The translations under genes were made by a program, and so were the position numbers. 64,000 nt of DNA from Saccostrea cucullata (lineage: Eukaryota): contig NW_026931375.1 of NCBI RefSeq assembly GCF_032062105.1, positions 248,001-312,000 of the forward strand, given 5' to 3'. Each line of letters starts with the position of its first letter. The first letter of the stretch is position 1. Below, piece after piece: positions 49,301-61,900 of the stretch. A model generated the notes under the pieces. The model was not told the DNA's origin. It ran no database searches and saw nothing but the letters and a program-made list of their open reading frames with translations.

Positions 49301-52300
49301 TCGTTACAAAACATAAATGAATGATTGTGTGTGTTTTGAAAAAAAAAAAGTGTGGGATGTAATTGAATAATAGAGATATTTAAAATTTAATTCTAATTGT
49401 AAACACATGGACATATATAAATATATACTTGATATCAGAAAACTTGATATATTGCTATTTTTCAGCATATACTAAACATGGAGGCGCCCAGGAGAAAAGA
49501 CGTAGAAGAAGCCCATGATATACTCGACAAATATGGCAAAACTTTCTCTACAAAGGTTACATAAGCTAGATCACTCACAACGAAATATGCATTTTTTTAA
49601 TGGTGACATTCAAATGTTTTGTCATAATTTACTTTTTTCCTTTTTTAAGGACGGAAACACTCTCCTTCATTTGAATTTGGACAAACCTAGAGTCTATATC
49701 TACATTTTTGCAAGTGCTGGTGTACCCGTAAACATTCAGAATACGGTAAATAAGTTGATTCTAATGGGGTCGGTGATTAAGTAATCAGAACAAAAACCAA
49801 ATGTATACAGTTACTCACATATTATTGATTTTCTACTTAATAATATCCTAAATGTGCATTATTTTAATGGTGATATTTTTAACTGTACAGGATGGTGACA
49901 CTGCTTTACATATAGCTGTCCGCAGTGGACTGTTGAATTCTGTAGAGGCTCTGTTACAATGCTCTGCTGATCTGAATATGAGGAATAAAGTAAGAGTATT
50001 TGAATAGAAAATCACTTTACTCAGTTAGAGTGCAAGTATTAAAACCGTTGTGTGTTAATCAAGTTTTTTTTTTTATATATTGCAATACAATGGAAACTGT
50101 AAAGTTGATACAAACTAAAACACTCAAAATTACTTAAGTGTGTGTTTTTGATCAACTCAATCATTTTTTTTTGTTTTTTTTTAGGCACATGACAGTGAAA
50201 AGGGCTCTAAAATATGATTCTCATAAGAATAGATATGTTTACAGTATTTGTTACCTTCTCCTTTGGTAAGACTTGGCAAGGCATAACAATTCTCTCACAG
50301 GAGACAGGGAAAATATGAACTGTTCAATAAATGTTAAAAAAAATATCGTTGAAGAAAAACGTTTACACGTTTACAAAAAGAAATATAGTGTCAGTTTCTT
50401 GTAGTAAGAGAGGGTACTGTATTTCCTTCTTTATGGGGTTTTACTGGTCGTATCAGACATTTGATATGAATTTTCACTTCCGTTTTATTTGACAGATGGG
50501 AATGACAGCATTAGATGAGGCAGATCCTAAAAGAGAGGACATCTTAGCTATGTTAAACACTTTCAAGGTACAATATTTTTATCACTTCAACCTAACATAA
50601 AATGAAGCAAAGAGTATAAAATACACCTGGTGAACTATTATATTAATGAAATTTACAAGAGTAAAGTTTCAATTGACAGTTTCTTGGACAGAAGTGAAAA
50701 TGTACAAAGGTACCCATCCACAAGCATGTTGCTTTCAAATACATGTATACATAGATTTTATGCATGGAGTGTTCATGTTTCAAACTGTTTTTTATCATAC
50801 AGGTCTTAGTTTTATTTATGCAATATGAATTTTAAAGTGAGACTTTTGAATTACATATAATAAAGTTTGTGAATGATTTTGTAGACTAGACCAATTTTAG
50901 TGTTGAAGATATTGATATGAGCTTTAAATAATGTGGTGTTGTTTGTAATTATTTCACTAGCCCGGTATTGTGTCTGCCATTTGCAAAGGCAATACTAGGA
51001 TTGTAGAGATATACAAGCGCTATTGGGGTAGCACAGAGGCGGTGACTAATAAGGTACACAGGGATGACCAATTAGAATCAGCTGATCCTCATTGTCAGCG
51101 CCATCTAGCGGATATAATTTCTTTACTACTTCTGAATGATTATGAATATTGCATTGTTCCAATTATAAAGGCATATTCTAATTCAAAATATATATTTCAA
51201 AAATTCGTCTTTTTGGAAAGTATCCATATATGGAGACATTGATTTTAGGAAACCTGTGTTTAAAAAGCCTGTGTCATATCTTGGAATTACAGGACTTTCT
51301 TTTCTGTATAAATGTTAATAATGATTAAAAAACGGTTAATTTAATGAAAAAGGCAAAAATATTTTGACACTTGCTTTTTGAATAAATGACAGAACAAAAA
51401 GAAAGAAGGAAGAAAATATATTCTCTACTTTAGAGTAGAAGGCGCTGACAAGGAGATGGAATGCTGCACCACTAATACGTAATTGTACTACTGTGTATTA
51501 GTTGTTTGTAGCTTCTATGTCGTTCCATCACTATATAGCATGTGTAGATTGTCTTCGTTTGGATTTCCGTCCCCAGTTTAAGTGACGTGGACTGATTCAT
51601 GTCGCGGGAAGACGGTGGTGTGTGTGTGTGTTTAAATAAAGTTTTAACCGTTGTTCTTTTTTATGTGTCTAATTTCCTGAATGTGATGTTTGACTTTCGC
51701 AGTTACAATGACTTTGGCATTTAAAAAAAATCTTTTTAAAACTTTTTTTTCAAATTAGCAGGCGAAAGTATCCATGTTTTTTTCGATAAAATAAGTATAT
51801 ATATAAAAAATTGTTTAAGACATCGTAGCTGCGTCGTTTGAATTTGTAATTGTGTCTAACCACAGCAGTAGAGTGGATCCCGCCCCTGGCGGCCCTCAGT
51901 GTTTGTTAATGTATTTTAGATGTGTATGTTAGTGTGTGTTTCGTATACATTCTAGCCCGGGATAGTGGATGCTGTTTGCTTGGGAAAGAACCAAATATTA
52001 GATCGATTACTGAAACGCTCTTGGTGCAGTTTGTGCAGCATTGTCAAGGTAACCGTAGAACCGTTGACCTTTGACCTGGTTCTAAATTTAGATATAGCAA
52101 AAGTTATTAAATGAAGTTTGTTAGTAATAGATTAATAATAGAATGCAGCTAGATGTTGCCGTGAAAAGTTTTAGTATATTAAATTTGAAATGTAAATGTA
52201 GATTTGTTTGATAATCGTGTAGGTTTTAATGAGACCTGGTTATTATGCAATAAATTTTAAGAATATATATTACATAATATTACGCGATAGAAAGTTCCCC

Positions 52301-55300
52301 CCATTTCGAAAAAAAAAAAAAATAACATCTAACATTAAATATCAGTGTCTAATGAAATATATGTTATCTACATTGTCGTGAATTAACTTAATTGGGTAAA
52401 TGTTGCATGAATTTTTGTCTGAGCTAACATGTTTGAATTTGAAAATGTTTCCTCATTTCTTGCTTAAATCAAATATGCATGAATTTATCTCTGAAAGCCT
52501 AATTTAAAGAAATATTTTTGATGAATATCTAAAATACGTGTCAAAAATTATTGCCATTGATATATTAAACTCTAAAAATGATGTATTTCTTTTATCAGGA
52601 AGGTCGGACTCTTCTAGAATTTGCGGAAGCGAAAGCCATGACAGAAAATGGAACAGTCACTAATTGTTTCCGGATTCTACAGGAATATAGAAAAACAAGT
52701 GTCAGTATAACCTTATTGTCTGTACACAAAAGTATCAATTCATTGTTACTATCAATATTAAATAAATATATATTATTACATATATATTTATGTCACCTTA
52801 TTTATAGGAATTGACACACGCTATTTTATGTGAGGATGTTGACACGGTCCGAAGCATAATTCAAACAGAAAAGGGTTGGACTGTGAACATTAGATTCAAG
52901 GTATTGTCAAAATCCTGATTTTTTTTCCATAAAACTATTTTTACCGGCAAGTTTCCATTCGTTTATTGAGTGCTGATTATTTTACAGGACCGAATTGGAA
53001 AGACTTTGTTGTCACAAGCCATAGAGGCCAACAACCTGGAACTGGTCACTCTGCTAGTGGACGCTCCGGCCAGGGCCAAGATTAAAGGGGTCAGAGTCCG
53101 GGAACATGAAGGGGTCAGTCAAACATGTCAGCTTTCATTAATTGTATAGACATAGTAAAAATCGAATAATAATAATAATTTATTTTAAACTTCCGATTAT
53201 TCCGTCCCCACATGGATTCAGTTTGTCCGTATATCCTTTTATAATTTTTTTTCAGACAAACGTGACAGTGCCATTATTTCACAAAGCTCTTCATCCAGAT
53301 ATCAACATAGATATCGCTAAATATCTACATTCCGTTATGAAGGAACCTTCGGAACACTCGGAGAAAGACAAGGTGAGTGAGAAGCATCAAGGAATCACGT
53401 GACCAATTTTATTCCTATTTTGAATGTTAAATCGAACTTGGACTTGTCTTGGACTAATACTTATGCAGAACCCGTCAAACCCTTGAAAATCAGTACCATA
53501 GAGTTTGATAATGGTTTTTTAAATTGACGTTCTTTTTTTCATGTAAGAATGGTAACACTGCAGTATTGCGGGCTATAGAGAATGGTTGTTCTGTCAAGTT
53601 CATTCAGTGGCTGATCCAGTGTACCAAAGGCTTCTGTCTAGTGGACAGAAATAAGGTAAGCCAGATAAAGAGGTGCATTCTTAAAACTAAGTACTCATTC
53701 AATTTCATTAGGTAAAATTTGCATAAATGAAAGCTTTTTCAATGATTTTTTTTTGTTAGTACACTGGTTATTTGTTGTAAGAGCTCAACAAAAAGATGAA
53801 ATTACCGTTTTTCTGTTTCAGGATGGTCTGACTCCGAGGGATTTAGCAAAAGCCCACAATAGGGAAGACGTTGTTCAAATGATAGACAAAGTGCGTTATA
53901 GGCTGACAATACATTCCTTGAATACTCTTTGAAATATCCCATATTATTATAACCAAAAACTGTGATATCAGCAATTGAAGAGACGCAAATTTTGATTGGA
54001 TTACGTCTTTAAGTAACATTAACTTCAAATCAATCAAAGATCTTTATGGAAAATCGTGCCATGGTTCACATTGAATCGAAGTTTTTTAAGTGTTCTTGAA
54101 AAATAATCCAAAACATTTCTAAATCACAACAACAACTACATCAATAACAACAAAAAACACAAAAACAAACGATATACGTAGTAACCAGAGCTAAATAACA
54201 ATTTATTTATATGTACATGGTTGAATATTTTCAGTATATCATTGACAAAATGGTACCAATAGGGATACCGAAATTTTCTGGGTGCTTCCTCAAAGAGAAA
54301 GATATTGTCAGTATTAAAGATGAGGTGGGTAGCTTTGTTATATAAAATATAATTTCATAAAAGAAGCGTTTGATTTTAGCCTCTGCTAAAATTGTTTCTT
54401 TCTGGCGCATAGAATAACATCTGTCATTATTATTCAAAATTATCAACAGGAGATTGTAAATTAAATCGTAAAATATTGTCCTCTTCCCTCTTGCAGCAAA
54501 CTGGAAAGACGTTAGCAGAAAAAGCATTGGACGACGATAGGTTCGATGCTCAGAAGTGGCTCAATTTTCACGATGTACAGGTTAGGATCAAACTTAATAT
54601 TAATCAATTTAATCATTTAATTAAATTTGAAAATGTCATTGTTGATTGTAATTAAAAAAAAGGGTGTGCATAAAGTACCTTGAATATTGTTGTTTGGTAT
54701 TTTTAGAATCATGCGATTCGCCTTTTTGAGGCAGCTTCTCTAGGAAATGTTGATATTGTGGAGAAGACATACGACTCAAATTACAAGGACAAGGTAAACA
54801 ATAAATGATTTAAATAAAATATCAATGTTTATTGTTAGTACATACTTTATTAAAATAACATAAAATGCACTGTCATGTGCAGATTATATCATGTTTAACA
54901 ATTCAGGACTGAAAATGAGTCAGCCCTGTTAGTCTTCATGATGAATTTGCATATAATTTGGTTCAATGGTTCAAGTCTTACTAGTTTATAATACATGTAT
55001 ACATGTGAAGTTCAAAAACGTACCAGATTTTGTTGATAAGTAGACCACGATTAATTTTGACTTTTGCAAGACTCAAGTTCTATATATTTATTTGCCGATT
55101 ACAGAATGGCTACACAGCCATGATACGGGCGGTGGCCTTCCAGCAGTACGAGGTCGTACGTCACCTGTGTATAACCAGACCAATCCTCAAATCCATTCCG
55201 GATAACGTAAACATTTCTTTTGTCTTCTATTCAATTTTTGGACAAATATTTTTGAATTCATAAGAAATTCTTTAATTTGTGATTTTGTTTTCATTTTTGT

Positions 55301-55549
55301 TGTTTCTCATAAAAACGTTAAAAACGGATATTGTGCTCACTTTGCCAATTTGGCACTCTGATCCACAAGAGACGGGGCTCTCCAGAACCTTTCAGGCTCT
55401 GTTTAAACATAATGTACCCTTTTCTTTTAGTGCAATAGATACCCACTACATTATGCATATGCGCTACCAGAAGCGTATGGGAAAAAGTTAATTGAATTGT
55501 TACTGGAGCAAAATCCACAAGCAATAGAGCAAAAAGTGGATAAAGTAAG

Positions 55550-55584
<35 letters not shown>

Positions 55585-55917
55585 ATTAATTTGTACCATT
55601 ATATTTGTTCCTTTTATTTAAGAGGTTAAAAAACTTTATCCATTTTACAGGACGGTCGATCTCCGGCAGATTACGCTAAGATAAGAGATACTCTGGAAAT
55701 ACAAAAGATGTTGTATGATGCCAGAACTCTGGATCTTTACGGAAAGGTAAAGTGATCAATATATCATCAAAATAAAACTGGTATTTTTGTTTTCATGATT
55801 GATTAAAATGGATATTTTATTTTCTAGAGAGGACCACCTTTGGGTCCATGGCCAGATGGTGCTAGTCGCAGACCGCCAGATGAAAACCAGCCGATGGACT
55901 TCCTTGACGTCATGTGA
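45586..55917 (+). CDS. Multi-ankyrin-repeat protein (start codon uncertain; candidate ATG GAT GCG CGG|gt at 44933-44944)
   Basis: Phase-0 exons 45586-45681, 47800-47913, 48992-49225, 49466-49555, 49650-49745, 49891-49989, 50496-50567, 50961-51053 and/or 51956-52048, 52599-52700, 52808-52900, 52988-53113, 53256-53372, 53548-53655, 53822-53890, 54235-54324, 54497-54580, 54707-54793, 55105-55206, 55431-55544, 55651-55746, 55828-55917 (TGA). ANK motifs DGDTALHIAVRSG, DGNTLLHL, NGNTAVLRA, NGYTAMIRA, RYPLHYA. AATAAA at 56031. Confidence 0.88.
46092..47612 (+). mobile_element. HINE of the 166-bp-core family in an ankyrin-gene intron (~7 core units)
   Basis: Same 5' end as 2472 (TTAGCTCACCTGAGCCGAAGGCTCAAGTGAGC), (GTCGTT)n microsatellite, 3' end CTCAGGTGAGCGCTGTGGCCCCTGGGCCTCTTGTT. 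Confidence 0.88.
55551..55581 (+). repeat. (TC)n microsatellite
   Basis: Dinucleotide run just after ankyrin exon 55431-55544. Other short runs: (TG)n at ~2451-2469 and (GA)n at ~44032-44058. Confidence 0.9.
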
Positions 55918-56735
55918 TTTGACATCATGTATGCAGAACTTTCTTGTGATAAATTGATGTGCTATTTAACAGTCTCAGCACCTCCAGTGGAACATTTTGA
56001 ATGTTCTTTTTTTTTTTACTATTTATATGAAATAAAAATATTTTTTCTACTATCCTATTGTTTTTATTAATAATTACATGAATCATACCTTGAAATAATA
56101 AGATAAAAGAAAATGTATATATATATATATAACGTGTGTACTATAGATTTAAGATTTCTGACTGACAATGTTTGTTATTTTTTAAAAGTCAGGATTAAAT
56201 TTTAATCAAAGATAATGGTATATAAGTCAAGCAAGGGTTTGTTTGTTTTTTGTTTTGTTTTATAGATTCTTTATAATTGCTTATCTCTTCTTTTTTTTTA
56301 TTCATCAACCCTGTTCAGAATTACCGTGTTTAAAATCATTAATGCAAATGTGACTTTTTTTATGATTCCAAATTTTGAGCTTTGATAGTTAATGTTATCA
56401 AATTCTCCATTTCATTGAAGTCTTCAGAAAAATCTGTCAGACTGGAATTCCCATGGAAGCAAATTGTGCCGGTTTATAAGAGAACTACTTTTGTATTCGT
56501 GTAAAGCAGAATTTATTCAAAATTTTCTTCTTGGAATGAAGTCTCTTGCTGAGTCCTTTCTTTCAACATGGGTACATATTTCAGTACGATGTTTCATCAA
56601 TTAACAATACATGTATTTGTTTTCATATACCTACATTGATTCGATATTGTAGCTGTATCCCTTGTAAACTTGAATAAAAAAAATCATGCATCTGTTTCGT
56701 AATTGTGTCCCGATAGTAGGGCCATTTGCAACAGA

Positions 56736-56749
56736 GTAACCATGGTAAC
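56736..56749. promoter_or_regulatory. RFX X-box-like motif GTAACCATGGTAAC
   Basis: One mismatch from the palindrome GTTACCATGGTAAC, in a CpG-containing intergenic patch; target gene unknown. Confidence 0.3.
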
Positions 56750-57982
56750 AGTACGATTGGAACAACGCGCTAGCGCAGAAGAAACACAACGCTAGCGAGA
56801 AGTACATGTACATGTAACAATGAGCATATGTTATGTCAATGCGCTAGCGCGTTTATGCCAACATCTCACGCTATCAACTGGAAGACACACCCATATTCAG
56901 GTGATCACAGGGACCTTACGAATGGATGATGTAAACACCCCCCCCCCCTCTCCCAGCTTCTGAGAATTTTATTAGACACAAAAACTTAGTAAAAATATAT
57001 GATTTCCTACTATCATAACCATTCTTATATTTTGATATCTATATCATTTGCCGCATTTTTAAGATTTAGAGATTGGCTTTATACGGGTATATAAAAATAA
57101 TAGTATTTTTGGAAACGAAGTGTACAGAATATTTTATTGGCACGAAGCCCCACAGGCGAACTTGTTTCTGGATTTTACGAAATTTTTAAGTCATTTTCTC
57201 GCAAAAGAAATCACGATGTCATCGAGCAAAAATAACACAGTGATATTATTATACATGTATGGTAGAGAACGATAATTTATCAAAAATTTACGCATATATT
57301 GGTATTGGAAAAAAGTTTCCAAGTGTATCAAGATAAACACAATTAGCAATTTCAATATCGTTATCATTGGAGTTTAAATATTTCATTATATAAATGTGTT
57401 CTTTGGATTACTTTCATATTTGATCGCTGAAAATTGTCAAGCTTCAATTATAATATAATTCTTTAAATTGGTAACATCAGTAAAAAAGCTATATTATTAT
57501 TTATTTTAATAATTTAAATTGTTGAACGACATTTATTCATTACCTCTACGGAAATTAAAAATCTTGTATATACGTCGTCCAAGACCAACTTTTTCTTTGG
57601 ACAAACAAGCTTTCCTTCATCAAATATTTGGACATAATCAGGATTACGTGGATTAACAGTTCAACATTTCACAAAATCTATAATGTTGAAAGATGTTTTT
57701 TGAATTGATTTTATAAAGGACTAAATTTGAATGTGCAGACATGCTGAACAAAATTTGAATCGAAACAATATTTTTTTATAAGACGCAAAATAATTTGAAA
57801 CACGGGTAGTGCCTCTTTTTCCCCGAATAATTTTCTATCTTTCTTTTTTTCCTTCTTTTCTTTTATCCCTCTTTCTTTCTTTCTTTTTTTTTTGGAAAAT
57901 GATGTGTACGCACTTGCGTACTTGCGTATAGGCAGCTACGCGCCTGATTTTTATACAAATACAAATATTTTATTGGCACAAA

Positions 57983-58091
57983 CCACAGGCACTTGTTTCT
58001 GTAATAAATTTTTAACCCATAGTATAATAATAACACAGTGCTATTATTATACTATGGGTTAAAAATTTATTACAGAAACAAGTGCCTGTGG
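57983..58091. repeat. Perfect inverted repeat, 50-bp arms with a 9-nt spacer
   Basis: 57983-58032 is the exact reverse complement of 58042-58091. Confidence 0.95.
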
Positions 58092-58981
58092 CACAGACAC
58101 AATTACATGGCAAAGGCCCACTGAACATCATTAAATAATGTGTTCATAATTTTTTATGAATTGAAACTGTGATTTACGCAAAAAGTCTTTAAAGACTAAT
58201 TTTAATAAAAGGGGGCGCGCGCGACAAACAAGTTGATGAAACAAGGACACAACAGTCTCGTTTACAGTCAACATTTCACAAAATCTATAATCGATACAAT
58301 GACGTTGTCAGCAAATACAATCTATCATATTAAGCTGACTGTTTTTTCAAACAAAGTGTTGGACCATTGTTTACACACAGAATTATCTAAAGATTTTTTG
58401 TTTGTCTGAGACAAGGAGCAGGTGTGACAGGTGTGCAGGGGATGGCTTCTTATGATCTGATTTCACCTGTATTTGAATGTCCGTGCAAGCTCAGTTAAAT
58501 TATATATTTATTTATATATATCTGTTTCATTTATTCATTTACTTTATTTTATTTATTAAAATAGAAAATATTTATTGATTCAAATTAATAAACACTGGTA
58601 TAAAATAAAATAAAATAAAATAAATACATAACTTTATTATTAATTTTATTATTAATTGATATGTAATAAAATAAACAATTAATACATGCATTCATAAATT
58701 AAAATTCATAAATTCTATTACCTGTTTATTAATGTGACGTAAAATGTTTTTTTTTTAAATAATAATGATACGGTATTAAATGTGTTTATAAACCTATCCC
58801 TTCATAAAAGAATGGTGTGTTGTTGATCCTTGGGTCCCGATGGTCCATTAGACTCATTTAGCTTCAAACTTTTGTGTGATTATGACTCGACCTCGTGTTT
58901 CGTATTATTTGATTGGTTTACCTCTTGCTGATAATCCAATGAAAAAAAAAGTTTCATACTCTGCATGCATTTTCTTTCAAA

Positions 58982-61900
58982 ATGGCGAAGAGACGTGACG
59001 GGAAAATCCTTCCTAGGTAATGAAAGTTGTTTTCATATAAATTTCAAAGAATTTAATGAATGTTTTGAAACCAGTCATAAACTGTCAGAGGTGTATTCAA
59101 TAGTTCGGCGTATTTTCCCGGCTAAATCAAATTCTGTACCAAAGCATATATATTTTTCACCAGTACACAGTAGTCGAAAAATAAAATGTTTCAATTTGAA
59201 AGTGAAAATAAATGATTAAAAACAGGAGTCCCCCCCCCCCCCCGAAAAAAATTGTTTTAAACCAGTGAGCTTCACTTTTTGTAGCTTTTTAAAAGTAGCG
59301 CGCGAAGCTTGTTTAAAAAAGATGGCGAAAAAATTGTTTTTACTAAAATGGTGCATTTTCCAGCATTCTCTTTACTTTTTGTCTTTCTAAGGACCAATCA
59401 TCACAAATAAAGAACCAGATATCAAATTACATGTAATTTAACTTTAACACAAGATTAGACTTTGCTTTAAAAAATTGTTACATCTGACTGGTCAAGCAGT
59501 TGACCAGTTGTCTTTTAAATGCATTTTCAATTAATTTAGTCAAGCGATAGTTGATGTGCAATTTTAAACACTTTCAAAAAATCAAACATTGGGTTCTTTT
59601 CGAATTCTAATTAGTGCTTTTCAATTTACTTGAGTGTGTCTGTAATGTACAATTTTTTAAAACGCTAAAAAACTATCAGTTTACAAATGTTAACTGCATT
59701 TTACCGAATTTAGGCAGCACCGTAACTATGCAGTTTTCTGTTGTTGATACTTGACTACATTGTACTGCCGATTTACTTCACAGAAATCTACCGCTTTTGA
59801 TTACAAAAGTTGTGTCTAAAGTATTTTTGGTTCGCTTGGGTATCCATTTTTGAAGCCACTCTCATAAAATCTCGTTAGATATCGCGTGATTTGACTCAGA
59901 AGCATACAAACGCTTTTTTTGTATCGATATGTACACAGATTTCAAGCACAAATTTGACAACGACAACAGCAAAAGATTACCAGTGATTACATTGGTTACG
60001 ATAAATTTAGTCAACATCACTGCCATGAAAAAGGAGATACAGCTTTTAAAAATTAGATGAAGCGTTTGGCATCGTCTATAAAAACACAGGAGCTGCCTCA
60101 CAATTTTATCGGAAATAAACATGATAAAGTCAATAGAAATCACTCGATTGACCAAGTCATGTGGCACATCTCAGCTTTCGTTTTCGATCATCACGGGAAA
60201 TCTGATTTATATAACGAAAGATAAGAAATTGTTTTAGATATAGTTTAAACCATGTCATCATTTGTTTTGTATATAACAACTGAATGAACATTCAGAATTA
60301 TTGCTTCTAGGCTATATTGGCAAAGATCAGGACTCTTCAAAGGGCTAAGTTAAACAGCCAATCTAAGCAAAATGATGAGCATGAAAAATATTTGAATTTG
60401 TACAAAAATTTATGTCAAACTTATAGCAAATGTTTCTGTCTTCTTCTTTGCAGTTGATATTTAAGATTGAAAATTATTGTAGGTTTCATTTAAGGCTACA
60501 TACGGTGTCTCTTATTCTCTTTATATATTACATGAAATATGTCGCATATTTTATCCAACTGCAAGTTCATAACGTAAAACAATGCACACGCATTGCTACC
60601 GCTTTTGAGGTCTGAATTTTTCAAATTTGTATTTTTCCAAAAAATTATTATTTTTCATCACAATAGGTTGAACATGAATTATGACGCTACTCCTCCTACA
60701 GTTTTGGATTTGGATTTTGATATAACTTGGCACACAAGTAGACTACAAAAAAATACAAAAAATAGTGCATTGGTTTTTGATTATCGTAAATGTTATGGTG
60801 TTGCCATGATATATACGCTGAAAAAGCGTGCAATAACATTTTGTGAAATTCCAATTTTAATTTTTTTAACGCCTTTTCCTATTTAATATTTTTTATAGCC
60901 TTGTGTATTTTCCTTCAAGTATATATCCTTTTGGCACACAATAGAAACACTAAAGAGATACATAAAACAGTGCATCGGTTTTTGATTTCGATGAACAGTG
61001 TTGCCACTCTGTGTTACTAAAAATGCAGCAGAATATTCTGTGTATATATTCCTTAGGATTTTAAAATAACATTGATTTTGGCTACATACATATCAGTAAC
61101 AGTAATTTAGGCCTATATATGCACACATTAATGGAATGTTTTCTACATTCCGGATAAAATTGTTATAAAGAACAGAATTTACAAACATTATCATTATGCT
61201 TATTGAGAAGTTAAGACAAATATCAATTATTACATTTTGAGATAACAAACTCAGGAAATCAATAAAAGGGTTCCTCATACATCTACCCTGAAAAAAAGAT
61301 AGGGAAAACAAATTGTTATATTCAGCCTAATGCCATTTCATTCATAACAAGTGTCCATTGATAATTCTGTGTGAAATTACTGTTTTAATTATAGTTTTAA
61401 TCAGATGGGAAATAATGAAAGTCAACATGAGTAAAAACTGATTTTATGAAAGATACATATTATTTCTGTTTCAGTGAAGTGGTGGAAGTAGAAAGTCTTT
61501 TGTTAAACTTAAAACAAAGAACCAAAAGGAAATTGGCAGATCGTGATTCAAGTGAGGAATCACATTATTCCTGGGACAGAGATGCTTTCTTCCAAAGGGT
61601 GCAAACCTTCTCAGTATCCTTGTTAAAACTGTAACTTTAAATCTTAAACAAGATATCGTTGGTAACCCACAGGTGATTCACATCAATTCTGTCTTTTATC
61701 AGATGGAGCTTGTAAGTTGTTGACTCAACTTTCTTTACTTTTACTTTAAAAAGATTTGCTTTATATTTACATATTATATTTACATTTATTATATACTTAG
61801 TAGTAAATACACCGATTCTGCATGGTGTGATACAGGTGACGTCACAATACCCCATATCACAGACCAGTCCAAAAATCCATATCAAACCGGAAGTAACGTT

